Below, in pieces: positions 31,850 through 39,082 of a DNA stretch of 39,387 nt. Location: IMG/VR virus record IMGVR_UViG_3300038595_000016. One strand, given 5' to 3'. The notes under the pieces are model-generated. The model was not told where the DNA came from. It searched no databases and was given only the letters and a program-made list of their open reading frames with translations. This DNA comes from a virus. Within the stretch, counting starts at the first letter, position 1; the number at the start of each line of letters is the position of its first letter. A program made the position numbers and the translations under genes.

Positions 31850-32500
31850 ATGGAACATTACATTCTTGAACAGCTTCAAGCCAATGGTTTTGAAGTAAAC
31901 GTACCCGAAGATTTCGACGTATCAAAGCTGGACGCAGTGATTGAGAACGCGCCGCAAACTGATGGGCTACGAAAGGGTTTAGAGCGAACAAAGACCGAGC
32001 TGCAAGGCTTAAAAACCGAACGTGAGGAAATTGAACGCGCTGCTGAACAGGCTAAGCGAGAGAAACTAGAAGCAGAAGGCAAGTTTGAAGAGCTACGTCA
32101 ATTAGACCGCCAAGAGCTTGAGAAGCTGCAATCTAGTCTTGTTACAAGTCGTGCAGAATCATTAAGACAGCAAGCTAAATCAAAGTTTAGCCAAGACGCT
32201 GACTTGATTGAATACGCACTGTCACAGCATATTAAGCCTAAGTTTGAGAATGGTCAGGTGGTTGATACCTTCGAGTTTAACGGCAGTCAGTACAATAACT
32301 TTGATGATTACTTTAAAGCTCTATCAGCTAACGACCAGTTTGCTTCGAAAATCAAAGCACCCGCATCAAGTGGCGCACACGCTGCTGGTGGTCAAGGGCA
32401 ACATGCGGTTACACCTCACCGCTCTAAGATGAGTGCGACAGAAAAGCGCGCGTATCAACAAGAGTATGGTCAGGAAGCATATTTGAAACTACCAAAGTAA
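31850..32500 (+). CDS. Capsid scaffolding protein
   Basis: GAGAGG lies 7 nt before ATG 31850. Glu/Lys/Gln-rich coiled coil (KTELQGLKTEREEIERAAEQAKREKLEAEGKFEELRQ), immediately upstream of the major capsid gene. Confidence 0.7.
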   Translation: MEHYILEQLQANGFEVNVPEDFDVSKLDAVIENAPQTDGLRKGLERTKTELQGLKTEREEIERAAEQAKREKLEAEGKFEELRQLDRQELEKLQSSLVTSRAESLRQQAKSKFSQDADLIEYALSQHIKPKFENGQVVDTFEFNGSQYNNFDDYFKALSANDQFASKIKAPASSGAHAAGGQGQHAVTPHRSKMSATEKRAYQQEYGQEAYLKLPK

Positions 32501-32511
32501 GGAATTAGCAA

Positions 32512-33459
32512 ATGGCTACTACAGTAAACTCTGATTTAGTAATCTACAACGACACGGCCCAGACTGCGTACCTAGAGCGCAACATGGATAACCTTGCCGT
32601 GTTTAACGAAAACTCACGCGCTGCGATTGGCCTGAACTCTGAGCTAATCGAAGGCGATTTGAAGCTGCGTTCGTTTTACAAGGTGGGCGGCTCTATCGCT
32701 GACCGCGATGTAAACTCAACTGCTACCGTTGCGGGTACTAAGATTGCCGCAGATGAAATGGTATCAGTGAAAGTGCCTTGGAAATACGGCCCATACGAAA
32801 CAACCGAAGAAGCATTCAAGCGCCGTGCACGTTCGCCTGAAGAGTTCTCTGAAATTATCGGTCAAGATATGGCAGACGCTACAATGTCAGGTTGGATTGG
32901 TTACGCACTAAACGCGCTGCAAGGTGCGATTGGCTCTAACGCTGGCATGAACGTATCAGGCGAGCTTGCAACCGAAGGCAAAAAAGTCCTTACTAAAGGC
33001 CTGCGCACGATGGGCGACAAAGCATCATCTATCGCAATCTGGGTGATGGACTCAACCTCTTACTTCGATATTGTTGACGAGGCAATCGACAACAAGCTTT
33101 ATGAAGAAGCTGGCGTAGTAGTCTACGGTGGCACACCGGGCACGCTCGGTAAGCCTGTTTTGGTTACTGACCAATGTCCGGCAACCAAGATTTTCGGTCT
33201 TGTAGCTGGCGCGGTAATGATTACTGAGTCACAAGCGCCAGGCATGCGTTCGTACATGATTGACGACCAAGAAAACTTGGCAATCGGCTTCCGCGCTGAG
33301 GGCACAGCTAACGTAGAAGTGCTTGGTTACAAATGGAAAACCAAAACAAACGTTAACCCGTCTGCTGCTTCACTTGCTACTACTACCAACTGGGAGAAGT
33401 ACGCAACGAGCGACAAGGCAACGGCTGGCTTTATCATCACACTAACAACTACGCCTTAA
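32512..33459 (+). CDS. Major capsid protein
   Basis: 315 aa. AAGGA SD. Follows the scaffold and is followed by a strong terminator. Composition and size are typical of HK97-fold coat proteins. Confidence 0.75.
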   Translation: MATTVNSDLVIYNDTAQTAYLERNMDNLAVFNENSRAAIGLNSELIEGDLKLRSFYKVGGSIADRDVNSTATVAGTKIAADEMVSVKVPWKYGPYETTEEAFKRRARSPEEFSEIIGQDMADATMSGWIGYALNALQGAIGSNAGMNVSGELATEGKKVLTKGLRTMGDKASSIAIWVMDSTSYFDIVDEAIDNKLYEEAGVVVYGGTPGTLGKPVLVTDQCPATKIFGLVAGAVMITESQAPGMRSYMIDDQENLAIGFRAEGTANVEVLGYKWKTKTNVNPSAASLATTTNWEKYATSDKATAGFIITLTTTP

Positions 33460-33479
33460 TGGTAAGTTGACTTTAACTA

Positions 33480-33503
33480 GGCTCCCATTGTGGAGCCTTT
33501 TTT
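33480..33503 (+). terminator. Rho-independent terminator after the capsid gene
   Basis: GGCTCC-cattgt-GGAGCC followed by TTTTTT. Confidence 0.8.
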
Positions 33504-33519
33504 ATATGAGGAATTTGCA

Positions 33520-34083
33520 ATGATTAAAAAGTTTTTAAACAGAGTGATACCCGGCACACCGCAGCAAATACTCACAGGTGAGTCATGGGATACTGCAAGG
33601 CTTAGGGTTGACGTTGGGCAGACAGGTTTTTGGGAGGGTAGAGAGTTTCGCCTTAACGAGCCAATTGATACATCATCAGCAACGTTTGTAATTAAGGTTG
33701 TATCACCAATTAATTTTGTGTTGCAGCTTCAAAGGTTGATGTCTGAAACTGGAAAGATTGAAATGAGAGCTTATCGCTCCTCTGATGGTGTTGAGAGTGG
33801 TACTTTTTCAGCGTCACCTTACTATTCGAATAACAACCAAATGTCAGGCGCGCCAGCGTACGTTGGTCAGATTCAAGTGTTAACCGGTGGAACATTTACG
33901 CCAACCGATATAGATTCTCAAAAGGAGAAGATTGTAGCCAAGGCAGCGACAGCAACATCTCAAGTTCAATCTGTAGGTGGCACATCCGCAAAAGAGCGCG
34001 GATTACCAGCGGAGACCTACTATCTCGTTTTTACTGGTGGCGGTGTTGGTATTTACGACCTAATACTCGAAGAGCGCCCATAA
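33520..34083 (+). CDS. Hypothetical virion-module protein (187 aa; possible head accessory/decoration protein)
   Basis: GAGG lies 8 nt before ATG 33520. The track start 33490 lies inside the terminator. Beta-rich. Confidence 0.6.
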   Translation: MIKKFLNRVIPGTPQQILTGESWDTARLRVDVGQTGFWEGREFRLNEPIDTSSATFVIKVVSPINFVLQLQRLMSETGKIEMRAYRSSDGVESGTFSASPYYSNNNQMSGAPAYVGQIQVLTGGTFTPTDIDSQKEKIVAKAATATSQVQSVGGTSAKERGLPAETYYLVFTGGGVGIYDLILEERP

Positions 34084-34088
34084 CAAAA

Positions 34089-34120
34089 GCCCCGCTGTGA
34101 TTGCGTGGCTTGGTTTGTGT
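34089..34120 (+). terminator. Possible weak terminator
   Basis: GCCCCGC-tgtgatt-GCGTGGC (one mismatch) followed by the T-rich ttggtttgtgtt. Confidence 0.3.
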
Positions 34121-34141
34121 TATACTGTGACCATTGTCTCA
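34121..34141 (+). promoter_or_regulatory. Extended -10 (TGtTATACT) abutted by a degenerate palindrome copy
   Basis: TATACT at 34121-34126 and TGTGAccattgTCtCA at 34126-34141. It shares TGTGACCATT with the 30555 site. Confidence 0.4.
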
Positions 34142-34156
34142 TTTGGAGAAATTAAA

Positions 34157-34654
34157 GTGATTATTCAAGACCCATCAAACCCGACCGCTGATGCTGATAG
34201 CATGGTAAGCGTTGCCGATGCGCGAGCTAGGGCGGTTAACCTAGGCGTTACACTACCTAAAGACGACACAGAGCTTGAAGTGGCGCTCGTTAAGGGTAAC
34301 GTGTACCTAAACTCGCTTTGTTACTATGGCGAGCCTGTGGTGGCTTTTCAAATGACGCCATTCCCCCGCACTGGCGTAGCAATTGGTGCAAACGAATATC
34401 CATCCGACCAAATCCCACAGCAAGCGATTGATGCTCAAATCGTTGCGGCTGCTTATGCTGCGAGTGGTGACATTTATACAGTGGTGGATAATGATAAGCG
34501 AGTTAAGCGTAAGAAGATTGATATTATCGAGACGGAATACTTCGGCAGTGAATCCGGCTCACAGTCAGGCAAAAAGGTAATCACTCGCGCTAATGAGCTG
34601 CTGGCGATGTTTACCTGTCCGGCTGATGGTAATTATTGGGCGCATTTGGGGTAG
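34157..34654 (+). CDS. Head-tail adaptor (gp6-like / DnaT-like domain connector)
   Basis: GGAG lies 8 nt before GTG 34157. SMVSVADARARAVNLGVTLPKDDTELEVALVKGNVYLNSL resembles the adaptor N-terminal pattern (s.aeAdaY...rg......e.aLi.A..yld). Confidence 0.55.
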   Translation: MIIQDPSNPTADADSMVSVADARARAVNLGVTLPKDDTELEVALVKGNVYLNSLCYYGEPVVAFQMTPFPRTGVAIGANEYPSDQIPQQAIDAQIVAAAYAASGDIYTVVDNDKRVKRKKIDIIETEYFGSESGSQSGKKVITRANELLAMFTCPADGNYWAHLG

Positions 34655-34657
34655 GTT

Positions 34658-35056
34658 ATGCAAACATACTTTGAAGATTACCAAGACGCACTGACAACGC
34701 TAAAAGAAGATGGCTTTGCGGTCAAGCTGATTAAGAAAGGCTTACCAGGCGGAGGTTATGACGAAAACGGCGATATCCAAGCGGTCGAGCCTGATATTGA
34801 TTATGCTGGCTACGGAATAACCACAAGCTTTAGTTCATGGCACATGAAGGAAGGCATTGCGCAAGCGGGTGACGTTAAGCTGATATTTGCGCCTGAGGTT
34901 ATGAGTGACGAATACATTACTTTCTACAACCAACTTCGCAACGGTGGCGATCGCATGTATGCCGAAGTGGATGGTGAGTTATGGCGTGTCGTTATGGGTG
35001 AGGAAGTAAGGCCAACGTCAACGCAGATTATTGCTAAGTTGCATTTGAGGCGATAA
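34658..35056 (+). CDS. Head closure / head-tail joining protein
   Basis: 132 aa, directly after the adaptor. Assigned from size and position; no strong motif. Confidence 0.45.
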   Translation: MQTYFEDYQDALTTLKEDGFAVKLIKKGLPGGGYDENGDIQAVEPDIDYAGYGITTSFSSWHMKEGIAQAGDVKLIFAPEVMSDEYITFYNQLRNGGDRMYAEVDGELWRVVMGEEVRPTSTQIIAKLHLRR

Positions 35057-35057
35057 A

Positions 35058-35085
35058 GAAAAGCCCCTAATGGGGCTTGGCTTTG
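35058..35085. terminator. Bidirectional terminator between convergent genes
   Basis: GCCCC-taat-GGGGC (35063-35076), with an A-run before and T-rich sequence after. Confidence 0.7.
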
Positions 35086-35097
35086 AGTCAGCCTTCG

Positions 35098-35541
35098 TCA
35101 AGCATCAATAGTGTGTTGCGCACCAATCCCTGATATAAGTTTGCTCAGCTCGGTTATATATTCGACTTTGCACCACCCCTCAATTTCGCAGATCATTAGG
35201 TCGCATAAAATATCATTCAGCAGTTTTTCCTTAAACTTTTGTCGTGCAAGCTCATTAACAGTTCTGGTATAAACCGCATCAATAACAACGGGCTCGCTCT
35301 TTGCGTGATCGTCTTTTTTGGCAATCTGAACTTTTGGCACATCACTTAGCAACCGTTTCTGTTGCGACTGAGTCCTTACAAGGATTTGCTTTCCACCTTT
35401 AAGCAGACTGCCATTTATTGCGAACTCATACCCGTTAAGTGGAGACCCACAAGATTTATCCATTCTGTAGCCTTCTGGCAAAAAATCATAAAGCGGATAT
35501 CCTTTGTAATTGTTCATTCCGTATTCATATGGCATTTTCAT
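35098..35541 (-). CDS. Hypothetical accessory protein (145-147 aa), reverse-oriented in the connector module
   Basis: ORF track. ATG 35541 or 35535 (the latter has better SD spacing). No recognisable motif. Confidence 0.75.
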   Translation of the reverse strand: MKMPYEYGMNNYKGYPLYDFLPEGYRMDKSCGSPLNGYEFAINGSLLKGGKQILVRTQSQQKRLLSDVPKVQIAKKDDHAKSEPVVIDAVYTRTVNELARQKFKEKLLNDILCDLMICEIEGWCKVEYITELSKLISGIGAQHTIDA

Positions 35542-35571
35542 CCCTTTTGGGTTGTTGTTTTGAACGCAATT

Positions 35572-35614
35572 ACTATAACCTCATTAAATCGGTTATACTG
35601 TGACGAACTTCACA
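35572..35614 (-). promoter_or_regulatory. Class II CRP-type promoter for the reverse 35541 gene
   Basis: Perfect, extended palindrome ACTGTGAcgaactTCACAGT (site 35599-35614), 21 nt, TATAGT (35577-35572 on the minus strand). Confidence 0.7.
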
Positions 35615-35638
35615 GTGTTGGAATTAAGCATGAGTTGG

Positions 35639-36058
35639 AGCAAAGACCTAAAAAACATCATCATTGAAAACAAGAATCTTACTGAGAGGCAGTTGCGGGC
35701 TGGGATGTTTGATGCTGCTAATACAATCATTCTTGGGTCGCCTGTTGGTGCGCCGGAGCTATGGCAACAGCCAGCGCCAAACTATTACCGTGCTGGCTCA
35801 TACCGCAGTAACCACCGGATATCAATCAACAAAATCACATCATTTGAGAAAGATATCACTAGCGAAGGCGGTGTTTTGATGGAATTGCAAGCGGATATAG
35901 CCAAATTTAAGATTGGTGAAACTCTATTTATGACCAACCCGCTACCATACGCAACCGCTATCGAATACGGGCATTCGTCACAAGCACCTGACGGTGTTTA
36001 TCGCCCAGCAGTAAGGCGGTTAATCAAGTTCCTAAACACAGAATTAAAGGTGAAATAA
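35639..36058 (+). CDS. HK97 gp10-family head-tail connector protein
   Basis: TNPLPYATAIEYGHSSQAPDGVYRPAV matches the gp10-family motif (n..pYA..iE.G...). ATG 35639 is preferred over track start 35600. Confidence 0.65.
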   Translation, partial: SKDLKNIIIENKNLTERQLRAGMFDAANTIILGSPVGAPELWQQPAPNYYRAGSYRSNHRISINKITSFEKDITSEGGVLMELQADIAKFKIGETLFMTNPLPYATAIEYGHSSQAPDGVYRPAVRRLIKFLNTELKVK

Positions 36059-36441
36059 TGACATTCCTAGACGCAGTAAAGGCTTTTGAGGATGACTTGA
36101 AAGCGAAAGTTAATATTCCAGTGCACAACAAAAACATCCCAACAGATGGCGTGTCTATGCGTGTTGCGCTAAATAATGCCGATGCTGATGGAATGTTTCT
36201 TAATAGTGGCGCTCGTGTGATGACTGGTCAGTTTAACGTTGAGATTAGTGAAAGCCTTGGTGTGAATAAGTACGCCATGATGGGTCATGCTAACAAAGTG
36301 CTGGCTATCTATAAGCGTGGTCATTCAGTGCCAGTGCTGGATAGGCGCGTGTTGATTCTACAATCCAACCAATCATCGTCATACCCAACCGAAGCACACC
36401 AAAAAATCAACGTGATTATTGATTTTCAGATTACTAAATGA
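36058..36441 (+). CDS. Tail completion/terminator-like protein
   Basis: TAATG overlap. 127 aa, between the gp10-like protein and the major tail gene. Position-based call. Confidence 0.45.
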   Translation: MTFLDAVKAFEDDLKAKVNIPVHNKNIPTDGVSMRVALNNADADGMFLNSGARVMTGQFNVEISESLGVNKYAMMGHANKVLAIYKRGHSVPVLDRRVLILQSNQSSSYPTEAHQKINVIIDFQITK

Positions 36442-36442
36442 G

Positions 36443-36470
36443 AAAAGCCCCGAAGTGGGGCTTTTGTTTT
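36443..36470. terminator. Bidirectional terminator
   Basis: GCCCC-gaagt-GGGGC (36447-36461) followed by TTTTGTTTT, with an A-run upstream. Confidence 0.75.
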
Positions 36471-37149
36471 ATTGTGGCAGTGTCCACCCCTTGTATGACT
36501 TTAGCCCTCCACAAGCAAGCATTGACATTCCGCTTCTGTTTATGCCGTTTTCTAGGCAGTATTTTTTTAGATTTTCCACTTCAACTTTTTCTCCCTCTGG
36601 GTTTATGAATGTATAGACTTTTCTTTGCGCCACAGCATTGTTCTCACTAAGCGTAAGAAAGCAACAAGCGTCTGGCCCATAAACCTTGTTACCCTTAACA
36701 ATCATATCTTTATCTAGGTGATACTCATTGCCGTCTTTTGGATAGTTTTCATAGAACCATCTTGCAAAATTCTGGAAGTTATGCCACTCAGGGCAAACTG
36801 TACACCCTTTGTAGGTTGGTTTGTTTTCTTGATATGCTTCTGAATAACACCTTTCGAGCATCAAGTTCCATCTGCTGTACGCTAGTGTGTTTTTGCCTTT
36901 GTGCGATGGCTGGAATTCACCATCTCCAATAAAACCAACGCCCTTAACTCTAGGGTTTAGCTTGTCAGTAACCGAGCCGATCCTTATGTGGCTTGCTTGA
37001 GCCTTTGTCTTGTAGCCTGTCGCCGTGAACAGGACGTCAACATCGGTTGCCCTGTTGTACCTCTCAATAACAAGCTCACAGCCGTCGTTCATTACGTGCT
37101 TGGTGCCGGCCATCATGTTGTCCGCAGGTCTAACCTTTCTCATATCCAC
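36469..37149 (-). CDS. Homing-endonuclease-like protein, paralog 3, reverse-oriented between tail genes
   Basis: AYSRWNLMLERCYSE...YKGCTVCPEWHNFQNFARWF...LDKDMIVKGNKVYGPDACCFLTLSENN aligns with 8042 and 19708. The N-terminal domain and C-terminal GGLKSYKGW tail are shared with paralog 2. Confidence 0.6.
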   Translation of the reverse strand: MDMRKVRPADNMMAGTKHVMNDGCELVIERYNRATDVDVLFTATGYKTKAQASHIRIGSVTDKLNPRVKGVGFIGDGEFQPSHKGKNTLAYSRWNLMLERCYSEAYQENKPTYKGCTVCPEWHNFQNFARWFYENYPKDGNEYHLDKDMIVKGNKVYGPDACCFLTLSENNAVAQRKVYTFINPEGEKVEVENLKKYCLENGINRSGMSMLACGGLKSYKGWTLPQ

Positions 37150-37175
37150 CTCTTAATTTATCAATGGCACGAAAA

Positions 37176-37203
37176 ATACTATGACACAATTTAGTGTTGT
37201 TAA
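37176..37203 (-). promoter_or_regulatory. Sigma70-type promoter for the 37149 gene
   Basis: On the minus strand: TTAACA (37203-37198), 16 nt, TAGTAT (37181-37176). Confidence 0.45.
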
Positions 37204-37228
37204 CAAGGTATTGTTTAGGTGGTATACT
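37200..37228 (+). promoter_or_regulatory. Sigma70-type promoter with extended -10 for the major tail gene
   Basis: TTAACA (37200-37205), 17 nt, TGgTATACT (-10 at 37223-37228). Its -35 overlaps the leftward -35 within the palindrome TTGTTAACAA. Confidence 0.5.
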
Positions 37229-37264
37229 CTTCATGTCATACTTAAACCTATAGGAGAGTGACTT

Positions 37265-37735
37265 ATGGCACTTGGTGATGAATCATCAATCTACAGCTCG
37301 ATCGGTACGACTTTAAGCGTATCAGCAACAACGCCAGCAACCTATGATGATACGGGTTTCGCTGCGCTTACATTCACTGAGGTTGGCTTGGTTGGTTCAA
37401 TCAGCTCATTCGGTGGTTCAACTGAAGTTAGTACGTTTAACGTCCTTAAATCAGGCAACACCGTCAAGCGCAAAGGCTTTACCGATTTCGGCACAATCAC
37501 AATCGGCATGGCTCGTGTATCTGATGATGACGGTCAGGTGTTGCTAAAGTCTGGCTTTGACGGTGCAGATAAAGGCAAGGTATTTAGCTATAAGCTAGAA
37601 CACCCTGCTGGCACTGGCCTGACTCAATACGGTACTTGCATTGTGACCAGTTACACAACTGACCCTCAAGCAATCGTACAGGCAGAAACATCGCTTGAGC
37701 TTGATAACGCAGTAATTGACGTTGTAACACCTTAA
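37265..37735 (+). CDS. Major tail (tube) protein
   Basis: 156 aa, Ser/Thr/Gly-rich and beta-rich. AGGAGAG SD. Followed by a strong terminator and then the chaperone pair and tape measure. Confidence 0.75.
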   Translation: MALGDESSIYSSIGTTLSVSATTPATYDDTGFAALTFTEVGLVGSISSFGGSTEVSTFNVLKSGNTVKRKGFTDFGTITIGMARVSDDDGQVLLKSGFDGADKGKVFSYKLEHPAGTGLTQYGTCIVTSYTTDPQAIVQAETSLELDNAVIDVVTP

Positions 37736-37748
37736 TTTCATGCGTCCT

Positions 37749-37779
37749 GCGCCTCTCATTTTGCGGGGCGCATTTTTTT
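37749..37779 (+). terminator. Rho-independent terminator after the major tail gene
   Basis: GCGCCTC-tcattttgc-GGGGCGC (one G-U pair) followed by A and T7. Confidence 0.75.
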
Positions 37780-37805
37780 CATTATTTGATTAAGAGAGGA
37801 ATCAA

Positions 37806-38288
37806 ATGACTTTTAACGTAGTTAACATGAAGCATCGTGAAGCACCTGATTTGTGGCTTCACATCAAAGACGCTGACGGCAACGAGATGTACGCAGACGA
37901 TAAAAATAAAAAACCTGTGCGCATTAAGTTCAAATCTATCCATGGTGACGTATTCCGCAAAGCATTTATGAAGATGAACGTGCGCCTGTCTCGCCTAAAA
38001 GAGGGCAAGCAGAAAGAATACGAAGAGCTTGCAAAAGGTGAGAGCGAGCTAACGCTAGAGCAAGTTGAAACCGAAGTAATGAATGCATTCATGCAAGCTG
38101 AAGACTTGGCAATTGATTTCATTGTTGAGATGGCGATCGATTGGGAAGGTTTCTTTAATGAAGACAATGAGCCTTTAGAGTTTAACGTTGACTACCTTCG
38201 CTTTGTTATCTCGCAGGTAGAAAACTACCACGTACTGCACCAAGTTCGAGAGGCATTTAAGGATAAAGAGGCTTTTACTATCGCGTAG
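37806..38288 (+). CDS. Tail assembly chaperone (gpG-like)
   Basis: Acidic 160-aa protein between the major tail and tape measure genes. AGAGAGGAA SD. Confidence 0.7.
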   Translation: MTFNVVNMKHREAPDLWLHIKDADGNEMYADDKNKKPVRIKFKSIHGDVFRKAFMKMNVRLSRLKEGKQKEYEELAKGESELTLEQVETEVMNAFMQAEDLAIDFIVEMAIDWEGFFNEDNEPLEFNVDYLRFVISQVENYHVLHQVREAFKDKEAFTIA

Positions 38289-38728
38289 CTGATAGCTGTT
38301 TGCTATACGCTGCGCATATTGGATGGCTAAACTCATCCGTTAAAGTTAGCGCTGGCAGGGATAAAAAGGAAAGCAAAACAAAACTCGAGTATTTCGGCTC
38401 GCATTCATTAATTGCCAAATTGCCAGACTTGGAAAAAGCATCATACATCGCCGAGCACTGGAATGATTGCGGGAAAGTAAGCTCTAACGGCTTTGGCATT
38501 AAGCAGCTAGATTGGCAAGAGGTGGAAAGCTACAGGAATCTAAACGGGTTGTCTGAATGGGAAGCTTTGATTGTTCATGCTATGTCACGAATGTACGTGT
38601 TAGCAAAAAACATGTTTGACGATGTGATGTGCGAATGTCCGTACCGATTTGAAGATAAACCAATGCTTGAGCTTCAATTGCTATCTGTGAATCCAATTGA
38701 AAGCACGAAAATAAATAAAGCCCCTTAG
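38267..38728 (+). CDS. gpT-like extension in the -1 frame of the chaperone gene (no SD, no in-frame ATG near its 5' end)
   Basis: The -1 frame is open from 38267. The zero frame stops at 38286-38288. The only U-run in the 22-nt overlap is GCU UUU ACU (38271-38279). Confidence 0.5.
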   Translation, partial: RGFYYRVADSCLLYAAHIGWLNSSVKVSAGRDKKESKTKLEYFGSHSLIAKLPDLEKASYIAEHWNDCGKVSSNGFGIKQLDWQEVESYRNLNGLSEWEALIVHAMSRMYVLAKNMFDDVMCECPYRFEDKPMLELQLLSVNPIESTKINKAP

Positions 38729-38746
38729 TTGGGGCTTTGTGTTTTT
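38719..38746. terminator. Bidirectional terminator containing the stop codons of both convergent genes
   Basis: AGCCCC-ttagtt-GGGGCT followed by TTGTGTTTTT, with an A/T-rich run upstream. Confidence 0.75.
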
Positions 38747-39051
38747 ATCAATTCCAAAATCTCACCGTCACACATAAAGTGGTGCGCTGTAGACCATTTA
38801 TACTCTGAGTGCGGCAAAAGATACTCAACTACGGATGATGTGTTACAAGAAGCTAAGCCACCATTTAACCAATGTAAACATTCTTTTTTGTACCGCGGTA
38901 GGCAGAGGAAATAATCAAACTCATCCTGAATTGGCAGTTGGCTGGTTTCACACCATGGATTGTCGATGTCGTAGCTATCTCTACAAAAAACCACCAAATC
39001 CATGTTATCCGCTTTAGCTTTAATCATCTCAGCATGCTTATGTACTGTCAT
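38725..39051 (-). CDS. Hypothetical accessory protein (108 aa), paralog of 7403-7873, inserted between tail chaperone and tape measure genes
   Basis: MTVHKHAEMIKAKADNMDLVVF...YFLCLPRYKKECLHWLNGG aligns with the 7873 protein. Confidence 0.8.
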   Translation of the reverse strand: MTVHKHAEMIKAKADNMDLVVFCRDSYDIDNPWCETSQLPIQDEFDYFLCLPRYKKECLHWLNGGLASCNTSSVVEYLLPHSEYKWSTAHHFMCDGEILELIKTQSPN

Positions 39052-39082
39052 CGTTTAATCCCGTCTAGTTAATCACCAAAAT

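Noticed and set aside
31734-31991. 85-aa minus-strand ORF overlapping the scaffold gene start
   Set aside because: It is antisense to a well-supported gene with a strong SD, has no SD of its own, and has a Leu/Arg/Ser-rich composition typical of shadow ORFs.
35597-35616. LexA/SOS-box interpretation of the extended palindrome (TACTGT...ACAGT)
   Set aside because: The sites read CTGT-N10-ACAG, whereas the gammaproteobacterial LexA box is CTGT-N8-ACAG. The spacing is wrong in every copy.
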